Positions 48,883-59,900 of a stretch of DNA of 64,000 bases are shown in pieces. Source of the DNA: an uncultured Candidatus Saccharibacteria bacterium (lineage in GTDB: Bacteria; Patescibacteriota; Minisyncoccia; Minisyncoccales; GWA2-38-27); assembly GCA_964479375.1 (NCBI GenBank), contig CAYZKD010000001.1:7540-71539 (forward strand), read 5' to 3'. Under the pieces are notes generated by a model. It was not told the origin of the DNA, did no database searches, and saw nothing but the letters and a program-made list of their open reading frames with translations. How positions within the stretch are numbered: position 1 is the stretch's first letter; every line of letters begins with the position of its first letter. The translations under genes were made by a program, and so were the position numbers.

Positions 48883-50346
48883 ATGAAGTACACTCCTGTC
48901 ATTGGGCTAGAAATACACGTGGAATTGAAGACGCGCTCTAAGATGTTTTGTTCTTGCCCGAATAATCAAGATATAAAAGAAGCAAATACTAATGTTTGCC
49001 CTGTCTGCATGGGACATCCCGGCACTCTTCCTGTTGCCAACAAAGAGGCGGTTAGAAAAGTTCTAAAAACGGGCATGGCTTTGAATTGTAGTGTGCCGGA
49101 GTATTCCAAATTTGATAGGAAAAATTATTTCTATCCCGACCTCCCTAAGGGATACCAAATTTCTCAGTATGATATGCCTTTGTGCGGAAAAGGAGAGTTG
49201 AGCATAGGGAAGGAGGTGGTGAGGATAACAAGGATCCATTTAGAAGAAGATACCGGCAGTCTGCAGCATTCTTCAGAAGACAACTCCTCTTTGGTTAATT
49301 TTAACCGCGCCGGTATTCCCTTGATGGAACTTGTGACAGAGCCCGACCTTTCTTCTGGCAAAGAAGCAAGGAAATTTGCAGAAGAGTTGAGATTGATATT
49401 GAGATACCTTGATGTTTCTAGTGCTGATATGGAAAAAGGCCAGCTGAGAGTAGAGGTTAATATTAGTTTAAGCAAAGATTCCAAGAAGGGAACAAAAGTA
49501 GAGATTAAAAACCTTAACTCTTTTCGAGCAGTAGAAGGAGCGGTTGATTATGAAATCGAAAGACAGAGAGATCTTCTAGAAGGGGGAGAAGAGGTTATCC
49601 AAGAGACTAGGGGGTGGGATGAGAATAAGGGCAAAACCTGCAGCCAGAGAGAAAAAGAGGAAGCGCATGATTATCGGTATTTGCCAGAGCCCGATCTTCC
49701 TACTCTTAAATTGGATTCTGATCTTTTATCTGAGATCAGATCAGAAATACCAGAGTTTCCCGCCCAAAGAAGAGAAAGGCTTAAAAGACAATATCTTTTG
49801 GACCCGAATATGGCAGAGTTTTTTACTTTTTACAAAGAAATAGGGGAGTATTACGAGCAGGCGTGTTCTGAATTGAAAAACTGGATGAAAAATTCCGGGA
49901 TAAAAGATGAAAAAGAATTTGAAAAAGCCGCCAAACTTGCTGCCAACTATATCTCTTCGGACTTGATGGGGCTGTTGAGCGGCATGTCAGTGGAGAGCAA
50001 AGAATTTGCTATAACCGCTGAGAACTTTGCCGAATTTATCCTTCTTCTTTACAAAAAAGAAATTTCTAGCAAGATAGCAAAGCAGGTCTTAAAAGAAATG
50101 TTTAAAACGGGAGCAGATCCTTCTCATATTATCGAAGAGAAGGGCTTGTCCCAGGTTAGCGATGAGTCGGAAATAGAAAAAATTGTTAAAGATGTGATAT
50201 CTAAAAACGAAAAAGCGGTTGAGGATTATAAAAAGGGAAAAGAAAACGCTTTAAAATTCCTTATGGGGCAGGTGATGGCGGCCACCAAGGGTATGGCAGA
50301 GCCTGAGTCGGTTAACAGAATATTGAAGAAATCGTTATCTTCTTAG
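48883..50346 (+). CDS. gatB: Asp/Glu-tRNA(Asn/Gln) amidotransferase subunit B
   Basis: IGLEIHVELKTRSKMFC.CPN......N.CPVC.G.PG.LP and C-terminal GatB/YqeY domains. Confidence 0.95.
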   Translation: MKYTPVIGLEIHVELKTRSKMFCSCPNNQDIKEANTNVCPVCMGHPGTLPVANKEAVRKVLKTGMALNCSVPEYSKFDRKNYFYPDLPKGYQISQYDMPLCGKGELSIGKEVVRITRIHLEEDTGSLQHSSEDNSSLVNFNRAGIPLMELVTEPDLSSGKEARKFAEELRLILRYLDVSSADMEKGQLRVEVNISLSKDSKKGTKVEIKNLNSFRAVEGAVDYEIERQRDLLEGGEEVIQETRGWDENKGKTCSQREKEEAHDYRYLPEPDLPTLKLDSDLLSEIRSEIPEFPAQRRERLKRQYLLDPNMAEFFTFYKEIGEYYEQACSELKNWMKNSGIKDEKEFEKAAKLAANYISSDLMGLLSGMSVESKEFAITAENFAEFILLLYKKEISSKIAKQVLKEMFKTGADPSHIIEEKGLSQVSDESEIEKIVKDVISKNEKAVEDYKKGKENALKFLMGQVMAATKGMAEPESVNRILKKSLSS

Positions 50347-50518
50347 CGTCCTTTGAGAAGTTAGATAATGGCTGATTTCTTTGTTGCGTCTTCTCGGGCA
50401 GTGCGCAGACCACGCCTTGCCAACAAGTCTTGAAATCATCTTATTTTGGAGAGCCCAACCTGCCATTATGTTTTGCCGCGATACGAGTAAGTTTTGGCGA
50501 GTCAGATTCTTTTACTTA

Positions 50519-51427
50519 TCAGGGAGATGAGCGGTCAGAGTCCTGCGCTCCAAGTTCTTTTACCAATTTTTCCGCCTCTTTCTGGTTCCTAATCCAATGA
50601 ACCTCTTTTTCTTTTTTAAACCAAGTCATTTGGCGTTTGGCAAAATGCTCTATGTCTTTTTGCAGCCTCTCTTCCATTTTTTCGCGGCTGATTTTCCCTT
50701 GAAGATATCTGGCTATCCATCTGTACTCAAGACCAAAACTTTCCAGTCTTTTCCAAGAGAGGCCTGAGTTTCTTAATCTTTTTACCTCGGCCATTAATCC
50801 TTCTTGCAACTCCTTTTTTAATCTTTTTTTTATTCTTTTCTTTAGTTCTTTCGGGCCTCTTTTTACGCCTAATACCAGGATACTCCATCGGGGAGGAGAT
50901 TTCTCGATTAAAGGAACGGGCCCCCTTGTTTTATGGACGATTTCAAGTGCCCTTATCAGCCTCCTTTTATTGTGTCTGTCTATGTTTTTAGCCCTCCGCG
51001 GATCTTTCTTTTGTAAGAAGGAGAAAAGTTGCTGCGGGGTTTTCTTTTCCAGATTTTTTCTCAATTTCCAGTCAGGTTTTACTTTCGGGATTTTAATTCC
51101 GTCTATTATAGTTTGGATGTAAAAAGCAGTTCCTCCCACCAGAAAGGGGACATTTCCTTTTTTCTGGATTCTCTTTATAGCCCTAAGAGCTCTTTTTTTA
51201 AATTGGGCTATTGTGAATTTTCTCTTAGGAGAAGCTACATCCAGAAGATGATGGGGGACCCCCTGCATTTCTTTTTTTGTTATCTTTCCTGTGCCTATAT
51301 CCATTCCTTTGTAAACTTGCCTGGAGTCGGCAGAAACCACCTCTCCCCTAAATTTTTTAGCCAGTGCTATAGAAAGATCTGTTTTTCCGGCAGCGGTTGG
51401 ACCTAAAATTACAACTAATTTTTTCAT
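50519..51427 (-). CDS. miaA: tRNA dimethylallyltransferase
   Basis: P-loop VVILGPTAAGKTDLSIALA, SADSRQVYKGMDIGTGK, HHLLD. Start at MKKLVV; the ORF extends to 51448. Confidence 0.9.
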   Translation of the reverse strand: MKKLVVILGPTAAGKTDLSIALAKKFRGEVVSADSRQVYKGMDIGTGKITKKEMQGVPHHLLDVASPKRKFTIAQFKKRALRAIKRIQKKGNVPFLVGGTAFYIQTIIDGIKIPKVKPDWKLRKNLEKKTPQQLFSFLQKKDPRRAKNIDRHNKRRLIRALEIVHKTRGPVPLIEKSPPRWSILVLGVKRGPKELKKRIKKRLKKELQEGLMAEVKRLRNSGLSWKRLESFGLEYRWIARYLQGKISREKMEERLQKDIEHFAKRQMTWFKKEKEVHWIRNQKEAEKLVKELGAQDSDRSSP

Positions 51428-52650
51428 AATTTCCCTGCAAGGCCCCAAGAAAGAGCCTTTGTTATTTCAACTTTTACAAATTGGCCCGTATAGTCTTTTT
51501 CAGACAGGAATTTCACTGTTTTATGAGTCCTGTTTTTTCCTATGCAAAAACCCTGTTGGCAATCAGAGACCAAAACCTTCTCTGTTTGGCCTATCTGTTT
51601 TTTGTTTTTTTTCAAAGCGCAACTTTTCAGAATTTCTGTTAACATTTTCTCTCTTCTGTCCTTTTCTTCAGGAGAAACGCTGTCTTTTAATTTTGAAGCA
51701 ACTGTGCCGTATCGAGCAGAGTATTTGGCGACATATGCCATGTCGTACTCTATTTCCTTGAATAGTTTCGCCGTATTGCTGAACTGTTCTTCGGTTTCGC
51801 CCGGAAAGCCCACTATAATGTCGGTGGATAGGGCTATATTCGGGATTTGCTTTCTTATTTTTTTTACCAAATCTTTGTATTGCTTTTCGGTATAGGGGCG
51901 TCTCATTTTTTTTAAGATGCTATTGTCTCCCGACTGGGCAGGAAGATTAAGGTATTCCGTAACTTTTTCAGAGTCAGCCATAATCTCGATAAGTTCTTTC
52001 GAAAAATCTTTAGGATGGGGGGAGGTAAACCTTATCCAAAAATTTCCCTTAATATCATTGACCATTCTTAAGAGATCAGGGAAGGTTGTTTCTTTGTCCT
52101 TGTAAGCGTTTACGTTTTGTCCTAATAGCCAAATTTCCTTATAATTCTTCTGTACCAGACTTTTGATTTCTTTTATTATATCTTTTGCAGATCTGGAGAT
52201 TTCCCTTCCTCGGGTGTAGGGGACTACGCAATAAGCGCAAAAGTTGTTGCATCCTGTCATAATAGGAACAAGAGCGGAGAAGTTGTTGGAATAATTTGGT
52301 CTAATCTCCAGATAATTTCCGCAAGAATTTTCTGCTAAAAAATCGGGCCAGTTGGGTAATTCCGTTATGTCTAGCACATGGTCAAATATTTCTGCCAGTT
52401 TTCTTTTGTCTTTATTCAAAATACAGCCTGTGAGTATTGTTTTTTTATCCTTTAATTTTGGTGCTAGGCCGTAAACTCTGTCTACTGCCCTTTGTCTAAC
52501 AGAACACATGTTAACTATTATCAAGTCCGCCTCTCTTATGCTAGAAACCATTTTGTGCCCCGACCCCTTGAACGCGGCAGAAATTCTTTCGCTATCTGAT
52601 TTATTCATTTGGCAACCGAAAGTAATTATGTGGTATTTCATACTGAGCAT
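51424..52650 (-). CDS. miaB: tRNA-i6A37 methylthiotransferase MiaB (radical SAM MTTase)
   Basis: UPF0004 cysteines (ITFGCQMN, NMCSVR), radical-SAM CNNFCAYC, and a TRAM domain. Adjacent to and overlapping miaA. The start may be at MKYHII (52638). Confidence 0.85.
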   Translation of the reverse strand: MLSMKYHIITFGCQMNKSDSERISAAFKGSGHKMVSSIREADLIIVNMCSVRQRAVDRVYGLAPKLKDKKTILTGCILNKDKRKLAEIFDHVLDITELPNWPDFLAENSCGNYLEIRPNYSNNFSALVPIMTGCNNFCAYCVVPYTRGREISRSAKDIIKEIKSLVQKNYKEIWLLGQNVNAYKDKETTFPDLLRMVNDIKGNFWIRFTSPHPKDFSKELIEIMADSEKVTEYLNLPAQSGDNSILKKMRRPYTEKQYKDLVKKIRKQIPNIALSTDIIVGFPGETEEQFSNTAKLFKEIEYDMAYVAKYSARYGTVASKLKDSVSPEEKDRREKMLTEILKSCALKKNKKQIGQTEKVLVSDCQQGFCIGKNRTHKTVKFLSEKDYTGQFVKVEITKALSWGLAGKL

Positions 52651-52687
52651 TTTATCTTTTTAGAAGATAGAAGACAAGAGAGTATAA

Positions 52688-52716
52688 TAAAACAGCCCTA
52701 CCTGAGGGCTGTTTTT
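52688..52716. terminator. bidirectional terminator hairpin (CAGCCC-TACCTGA-GGGCTG) with flanking A- and T-runs
   Basis: Located just downstream of the minus-strand membrane-protein gene and upstream of miaB. Confidence 0.5.
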
Positions 52717-52724
52717 GTAAGAAG

Positions 52725-54347
52725 TTAATGGATTTTTTCTTTTTTTTCTTTAAGGAAATAACGCCATTGCTCTATGAACTCGATGAAGATCATAAAGGGC
52801 ATATCGATTAGAGCATTGAATACCGCAGAGATTACATTGTACCTTTTCCATCTAGTAGTAAGCCATTTGCCAAGTTGGACTACGGGGACGGCGAAGGGAT
52901 CGAAAATAAAGTGGAAGAAGGTCTCTTTTCTTTCGATTATCTGTAGCTCTTTTGCTCTTTGCCTTATTTTGGCCCCGGCGAAAGCGATTAAGGATAGGAA
53001 TACGATAAAGATAACGTAAGAGAGGGGAGGGAAGTTTGCTTGGTAAAGCCCCCATATTATTAAAGTCAAAAAGACAGCAGAGCTCAAAAGGTAAATAAAG
53101 TTGATTATAGAGCGAATAACAACACCTCCCTTGCGATAAGCTTTAACCTCGTAGATATCTTCCTCTTCTGTTTTGTAAGTTATTTTCATGACTTCAACTA
53201 TAACCCGCTGAAGATTTCCTTTCTTGGGGGGCTTGATGGAGATTACCAGACAAGCCATCAGTAGGGTGGGAATAAATATGTCCACCCCAATGGCGAATAA
53301 ACTAAAGTTACCCATTACATATTTTGAAAAGGGAATTTCAATGGCGAGCAAAGAAACGACGTTGGTTAAAAATATAGAAAGAGTGGAATAAAACGCAGCC
53401 CTTCCCAGTCGGGATTTCAGGGTTTTAAGGCGCCCCTTATATTTTTCTTTAACTTTTGTCTCTAGGGCCTCAGGGTTTCCTATCTTTTCTTCCGCTTCTG
53501 GAGGGGACTCTTCAATAATGTCGCCTAGCAGTAAGTAGGGAGTGTCGTATTTTTCACAAATCTGATAAAATTTGTCTCCCAGAGGGTGATTTAAGTCTTT
53601 TTCTACCCGATTCCAAATAGAGTAGATATTTTTAGTAACTTTTTCTGTTCCTTCCTGCGATTGGTTCTTCCAAGTAGGATAGTAGTATTTTAATAGATGG
53701 TAACTAATAACCGAGGAATCCAAATTAAACAGAGCTCTTTGGGAGGCAATATATGTTTGGATATTTCTTTCTTCTTCGGGCATACCATTCTTTACTATCA
53801 GCCCTTCGTTTACTCTTATTTTCTTTTTCATTTGAGAGAACATATAATCAATCAGCGCTCTTTCTTTGGAAACCGAAGTAAGAATTTCTTCTATCTCGCA
53901 GGCCGCTATAGAAAAAAGCCAGTTATAAAGCCTTATCTTGGATTTCTTTTTTGAAGCGGGGCTGTTGTTGATAATTTTTGTGTATTTTTCAATCGCTTTC
54001 TGAGCCTCTGCTATTTTTTCTTCTTCTATCTTGTCATTAGGAAAGTGACCGCTTCTGATAAGATCTAAAACCATGGGCTCTGCCAAATCCCCCACTGAAA
54101 AGTTCCCGCTTAGCAGGTCTGCTTTAGAATAGACCCTTCTTTTAAGTATTCTTTCTATCGCCCCTCTTTTAAGGAGATGCTCTTCTTTCCAGTCAATAAT
54201 CCCCCTTAACTTTTCATAAAAAGTCGCGACCTTTGAGGCCACTTCGTCTACATGGATGGTATTTGCTTCTTTCGAAGGCCTTAAGGACCAATACCAGGCC
54301 TTGTATCTGTCTATTAATTTTTGAGTTTCTTCTGAAATTCCCTTCAT
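52725..54347 (-). CDS. hypothetical large membrane protein (N-terminal soluble domain of about 330 aa, C-terminal 5-6 TM helices)
   Basis: The hydrophobic C-terminal half has TM helices. No motif recognised. Translationally coupled to the thrS stop. Confidence 0.5.
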   Translation of the reverse strand: MKGISEETQKLIDRYKAWYWSLRPSKEANTIHVDEVASKVATFYEKLRGIIDWKEEHLLKRGAIERILKRRVYSKADLLSGNFSVGDLAEPMVLDLIRSGHFPNDKIEEEKIAEAQKAIEKYTKIINNSPASKKKSKIRLYNWLFSIAACEIEEILTSVSKERALIDYMFSQMKKKIRVNEGLIVKNGMPEEERNIQTYIASQRALFNLDSSVISYHLLKYYYPTWKNQSQEGTEKVTKNIYSIWNRVEKDLNHPLGDKFYQICEKYDTPYLLLGDIIEESPPEAEEKIGNPEALETKVKEKYKGRLKTLKSRLGRAAFYSTLSIFLTNVVSLLAIEIPFSKYVMGNFSLFAIGVDIFIPTLLMACLVISIKPPKKGNLQRVIVEVMKITYKTEEEDIYEVKAYRKGGVVIRSIINFIYLLSSAVFLTLIIWGLYQANFPPLSYVIFIVFLSLIAFAGAKIRQRAKELQIIERKETFFHFIFDPFAVPVVQLGKWLTTRWKRYNVISAVFNALIDMPFMIFIEFIEQWRYFLKEKKEKIH

Positions 54348-56074
54348 TTTCTTTGTTCAATCTCCTTGTTGACTCTTCTAATGAAAGTTTTTAGTTTTAT
54401 CATTCCATCGTCCCCCTCTTTCCTTTTTCGTACTCTTACGGAATTACCCTTTTTTTCTTTATCTCCGACGACCAAGATATAAGGAATTTTTTGTTTCTCT
54501 CCCTCTCTTATTTTTTTGCCCACAGTCTCTGCTTGGGTTTTTGATTCGCTTCTTATGTTACTGCTATTTAATTCTTTCTGGATGTCTTCTGCATATTTTC
54601 GGTGGTCAGATCCTACTGGAACTATCCATACTTGGACGGGGGAGAGCCAGACTGGAAATGCGCCTGCGAAATGTTCGATAAGAAGAGCCATGATTCTTTC
54701 GTAAGATCCCAAAATAGCCCTATGAACCATCACCGGCGGCTGCTTCCTTCCCTTTTTGTCGACATAGGAGAGATTAAACCTTTTCGCGGTGGCAAAATCA
54801 ATCTGGACAGTAGGTATCTGGATTTCTTTGCCGAGAGCGTCTTTAAACATAAAATCTATTTTAGGGCCGTAATGAGCAGCCTCTCCTTCTATTTTTTTGG
54901 CTCCGAGTTTCATTTCTTTGCAAACCTCTTCCAGGATCTTTTCGCATTTGTCCCAGTCTTTTTTCTCCCCGATGTATTTTTCAGGATGTTCGTAGTCTCT
55001 GAGAGACAAAGATACCCAGTGGTTTCCCCACAATCCGAGCGATTTGTAAAACTTCTTGATAATTTTTACCATGTCTTTTATTTCATTCTTAATCTGTCCG
55101 ATGGCACAGAAGGAATGACCATCCTCTACGGTAATGGCGTAGACCCTGTTTAAGCCACCCACCTCTCCTGGCTTTTCTGCTCGGTATTGTTTTTCAGACT
55201 CCATGTATCTAATAGGGAGATCTCTGTAAGAGCGTGGTTTGGAAGCGTAGATTTGAGTTTGGTGGGGGCACTGGACGGGCTTTAGTACAAACTTGTGTCC
55301 TCTTTTAGAAGAAACATGAAACAGTTCTTCGTTAAATTTTTCTGCATGGCCTGAAATTTCAAACAACTTTATTTTCGCCAAGTGAGGAGTAATTACTTTT
55401 TGGAACCCATAGTCGTAGCAGATTGTTTCTACCTCTTTCTGCAGTTCTTCTTTGACAATTGTTCCCTTGGGAGTATAAAGGGGGAGGCCGGCTCCAACTA
55501 TATCTGAAAAACAGAATAAATCTAATTCTTTTCCCAGTTTCCTATGGTCTCTCTCCTTTGCTTCTTTTTGAAGATCAAGATATTTCTGGAGCTCATTTTT
55601 ATTTTCAAAAGCTAATCCGTAAATTCTGGTAAGCATGGGGTTCTTTTCGTTTTCTCTCCAATAAGCCCCGGCCACCTTTGTTAACTTAAAGCTATCAAAT
55701 TTTATCTTTCTGGTAGATTTAACATGAGGCCCCTTGCAAAGATCAATAAAATCTCCGCTTTCGTAAATAGTGACGCTCTTGGCAGGCATCTCTTTAATCA
55801 GTTCTTTTTTATAGGGCTGATCTTTAAAGAGGGTTCTTGCTTTTTCTTTAGAAACTACCCTTTTTTTGAAAAAAATATTTTGCTTGATAATTCTTTTCAT
55901 TTCCTTTTCTATCTTGGGCAAATCTTTAAGGGTGACTTTTTCTGGGAACTCTATATCGTAATAGAAGCCGTTTTCAATAGCGGGTCCTATGCCAAATTTG
56001 GCTCTTGGATAGAGGTTTTGAACGGCCGAAGCCAGAATATGGGCTAAGGAATGTCTAATAATATTTATTTCCAT
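54344..56074 (-). CDS. thrS: threonyl-tRNA synthetase lacking the N-terminal TGS/N1 domains
   Basis: Starts at the editing domain (IIRHSLAHILASAV). Class II core and anticodon-binding domain present (PIRYMESEKQYRAE, VMVHRAILGSYER). Confidence 0.9.
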   Translation of the reverse strand: MEINIIRHSLAHILASAVQNLYPRAKFGIGPAIENGFYYDIEFPEKVTLKDLPKIEKEMKRIIKQNIFFKKRVVSKEKARTLFKDQPYKKELIKEMPAKSVTIYESGDFIDLCKGPHVKSTRKIKFDSFKLTKVAGAYWRENEKNPMLTRIYGLAFENKNELQKYLDLQKEAKERDHRKLGKELDLFCFSDIVGAGLPLYTPKGTIVKEELQKEVETICYDYGFQKVITPHLAKIKLFEISGHAEKFNEELFHVSSKRGHKFVLKPVQCPHQTQIYASKPRSYRDLPIRYMESEKQYRAEKPGEVGGLNRVYAITVEDGHSFCAIGQIKNEIKDMVKIIKKFYKSLGLWGNHWVSLSLRDYEHPEKYIGEKKDWDKCEKILEEVCKEMKLGAKKIEGEAAHYGPKIDFMFKDALGKEIQIPTVQIDFATAKRFNLSYVDKKGRKQPPVMVHRAILGSYERIMALLIEHFAGAFPVWLSPVQVWIVPVGSDHRKYAEDIQKELNSSNIRSESKTQAETVGKKIREGEKQKIPYILVVGDKEKKGNSVRVRKRKEGDDGMIKLKTFIRRVNKEIEQRK

Positions 56075-56091
56075 TTTTTAGTACTTTTAGT

Positions 56092-56958
56092 TTAATACTT
56101 TTTTTTGGCAAAAGCCACACCAATGCTTTTATCGGCCCCTCCGTAGTAAATGAAATATTTATTTTTCATTTGTACTAACCCTTCTGCAAAAACTACGTAA
56201 TTAATTTTTCCATAACTTTCCCAGGAACTGGTGGGGGAGAGGATAGGATCCTCTTTCCTGGCTATTGCCTTACCGGGGTCATTTTTATCTAACATAGCGC
56301 ACCCTGCGCTGTATTCTTCGCCGTTAAAACTGTTATAAATTACAAAAATTCCTTTTTTGGTGATTATGGGGGCAGGACCCATCTCTACTAATCTTGAGTC
56401 GAAATGATCTCTTCTTGGCGTTAACACGGGCTTTTCTTGGGTCTGCCAATCCTTCAAGTTTCTAGAGGTGGCCAGATAGATGTTCGTATCTCCGTAGTAA
56501 AGGTAATATTTCCCTTTTATCTTTTTTGGCAAAAGAACGCCCGATTTTGCGTATTTCATCAATAAACCTTTCTTTTTCCAGTGGAGCAGGTCTTTAGACT
56601 CGGCTAAGGCAATGTGGCTTTTTCTTCCGGTAAAGGCCACATAGATCAGGTAATAAGTATCTTCAATTTTGGTTATTCTTGGATCCTCGCACCCTCTTTT
56701 TTCATATCTTCTTTCTGGCTTTATTACGGGCTCTTTTTTCCTCTCAAACTCTAATCCGTTTTTACTGACAGCCATTCCGATACTGGAAATATAGTCATTG
56801 TAATAGTGTTGTTCTGCTCGGTAATAAAGATAGACTTTGTTATTTTCTTTTAGAGCGGTTCCGTTGTAAGTTGCAGCGCTTTCAAATTTGTTGCTTCTAT
56901 AGGGATTAAGGACGGGGTTTTTCCTGTATTTCTTTACTTTTCCAATAGGCCACCTCAT
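56092..56958 (-). CDS. GH130 / DUF377-family glycosidase or phosphorylase (five-bladed beta-propeller)
   Basis: GCEDPRI motif, repeated YY/LYYG beta-strand motifs, 288 aa. Confidence 0.65.
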   Translation of the reverse strand: MRWPIGKVKKYRKNPVLNPYRSNKFESAATYNGTALKENNKVYLYYRAEQHYYNDYISSIGMAVSKNGLEFERKKEPVIKPERRYEKRGCEDPRITKIEDTYYLIYVAFTGRKSHIALAESKDLLHWKKKGLLMKYAKSGVLLPKKIKGKYYLYYGDTNIYLATSRNLKDWQTQEKPVLTPRRDHFDSRLVEMGPAPIITKKGIFVIYNSFNGEEYSAGCAMLDKNDPGKAIARKEDPILSPTSSWESYGKINYVVFAEGLVQMKNKYFIYYGGADKSIGVAFAKKKY

Positions 56959-56962
56959 AAAA

Positions 56963-59900
56963 TCAGGAAGAATTTACAATTTCTTCGATCGCTTCTGCGA
57001 TAAGCTTTATTTCTCCCTGCCTGTCGTCTACTCTGGCTGAGACAAACACAACCTTATTCTCTTCAAAAACGTCAGGGTTTTTTTCCATAATGCTCGGGAA
57101 AACAACAACCTCTCTTTTGCCGGTCAGATCTTCTAATTGCATGAAGAGCATTGATTTTCCGTTTTTGGTAAGTATTTTTTTTATTCCAGAAATAATGCCG
57201 CCGACCCTTACTCTTCTATTGGTTAAGGAGGTTCCAATTTTCGCCAGAGAGAGCGCTCCCTCTTTAAAAACATTCCTGTAGTCTTCTAGGGGATGGGAGC
57301 TGATATAGAGCCCCAAAAGCTCTTTTTCCCAGCCTAGTTTTTTGAAATTGGAAACGGGTTCTGCCGAAGCCAGATTAAGGTGGTTATTAAACTTTGATCC
57401 GTCAAACAATCCTTTTTGGCCGTTCTCTTTAGATTTACTTTTTTCTCTAACGGCCTCTAAGACTCTTTCCATGTTTTGGAATAAGCGGTTTCTTTCCCCA
57501 AACTCGTCAAAGACCCCGGCTCTGATTAAGCTTTCTAAGGACTTCTTGTTTAAGACGCCGCTGTCCATTCTTTCTGCGAAATCCCCAATAGACTTGAAGG
57601 GGCCTCTCTCTTTTTTTTCTTTGACAATGGCGTCTACTACATTCTCTCCCACGTTTTTAATAGCCAAAAGCCCGAAGCGGATTTGTTTTTTATCAGGGAT
57701 TACAGTGAAGTTTTTTAAACTTTCGTTGAGACTGGGGGGGAGGGTTTCGATATCCATTTCGCGTGCGTTTTCTATAAGTATAGCAATCTTTTCTACGTCG
57801 TTTCTTTCAGAGGTCATTAAAGAAGCCATAAATTCTACCGGGTAGTGGGCCTTCAAATAGGCGGTCTGGTAGGCGATCATGGCATAGGCTGTCGAGTGCG
57901 AGTTATGAACAAAAATATCATTGGCTATGAAATTGTGAGTGTCTTTAATGGTCAGATCAAAGGTTTCCTCTGTTCCTTTGGGCGCAATGGAGGCGATCTC
58001 ATCCCAAAAAACATCAGAGGTGGCGTATTTTTCCAATTCCTTGCTATGCATTGATTGAGAAATAAAAGAAACGGCCTCTCTTAAATATCCCTTTTTCTCG
58101 GGATCTTTAAGAAACAATCTCTTTGAAAAACTGTTTTCTCTGCTTATCTGAGCGAAAGTTAGCATTTCTCTCTCGGCTGTCTGTCGCATAATGTCAACTA
58201 CAATATTTGCCGGTACAATATCTCTGCTTCCCCGGGCTGGCCATGGTTTTATGGTTCCGTTTAGAATTGGGTGGGCTTTCTTTATCTCTTCTAACACCCC
58301 CTTTTTTTCTTTCAGTGAATAGGGGCTGAGGTGCTTGATGAACTTTTGGATGTTGTCGTGGCGGCTGATATTAATTGTATATCCTATTTTCACCCCTTCT
58401 CTGTATCTGAATTTCTTTTTGTGGATAACCGAGATGATGCCTAGCCTGAGCAGCAGGCTCTGGAAGGCTTCGGCAATAGCAGCAGAGGACGTGGAGTAAA
58501 AGATAGCAGGGAGCTTGTTTTTGAAATTAATACAACCGTCACCCTGGAACATCTTGGCTGCAAGAAGAGCAACCTTTGATTCGGGAAGCTGGAAAACAAA
58601 TTCTGGTAGGAATTTTTGGGTTGCTTTCTTGTTGTGTAATCCCAGACCCCTGATCCATTCTACTGCTTCTGATTTTTCTTTTCTGTTTTTTCTTTTTGAG
58701 TAGACTGCAATGGCTTTCTTTTTGTAGTCTTTTCTTCCAAGAGTATTATCAAATTTTTCCAGGTAACGAATGTAGTCTTCTATCTCTTCCTTTGATTTTG
58801 AATAGAAATAGAAACCGCGAGGATGGCAGAAGTTGCCCTCGGCCAGAAGATAGCCCAAAATGGCGACCTTGTGGTCTTCAATGTCAACAGGCTTTGAGGG
58901 CTCTGGAACAATTCTCGGAGTTGCAACTCTTTCTCCAACCTTGATTTCCTCGAGCTTTTTCCAGCCATCCCCTGTAAGGAAGGGGTGGTTTTTGGTAACT
59001 TTTATTCTCTTTCCGGTTTTGGTTCTGACTTCAAATACAGGCTTCCTGCCATTTGAAAAAACATCAACTATTTTTGACTTCTTTATCTTGAGATCTTTGG
59101 AAAGGGAGAAAGCTCCTTTGGCTCGTTTTTTGTCGTTTAAAAGGTCTGTTACTTTCACCCTTTCGCCTGTTTCCGGGTTGATTATCTTTGTGTCGCCGGT
59201 TACGCACTTGTTAAAGCCATAGCGGGCAAAAGGCAAGATCCATTGCCAGATCTTTTCGCCCACTTCTTTTTTTATACCGTTTTTTACAGTGCCCTCGATA
59301 AACTTTTTCTTCTGGCCATGAAGCAATTTTTCTATTTTCTTTCCCACCGCTTTTCTCAAGATATCTGCTTCTGAGAGAGTAAACCCCGCTATTTCCCTGG
59401 CAATTCTCATCAACTGCTCTTGATAAATGCAGATACCGTTTGTTTCTTCAAGGATGGGTTTTAGTTTTGGGTGTAGATACTCGGTTTTCTGACGACCGTG
59501 TCTTCTTTCAATAAAATCAGGAAGAAACTGCATGGGTCCTGGGCGATAAAGGGCAACCATCGCGATGATGTCTTCAAACTTAACAGGCTTTAGCTGCTTG
59601 AGAAATCTCCTAATCCCGCCTCCTTCCAGTTGGAATACTCCTGTCGTATTTCCCTGCTGCAGAAGTTGAAAGGTTTTCTCGTCGTCTAGGGGTATTTCTT
59701 CGATATCTACTTTTTCTTTGTTTCTTACTACATAGATTCTGGCCAAAGTGTCCTCAATGATGGTAAGATTTTTTAGGCCCAAAAAATCCATTTTCAATAA
59801 TCCCAAATCTTCAATGGCGTGCATTTCATACTGGGTTACTATAGTTTCATCGTTTTGGGTGGGGCGTTGAAGAGGAACTGAATTAGTAAGAGGGTCTGCC

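Noticed and set aside
57342-59222. Several plus-strand ORFs (57342-57845, 58860-59222 and others)
   Set aside because: They are antisense within dnaE and its intein. Compositionally biased shadow ORFs.
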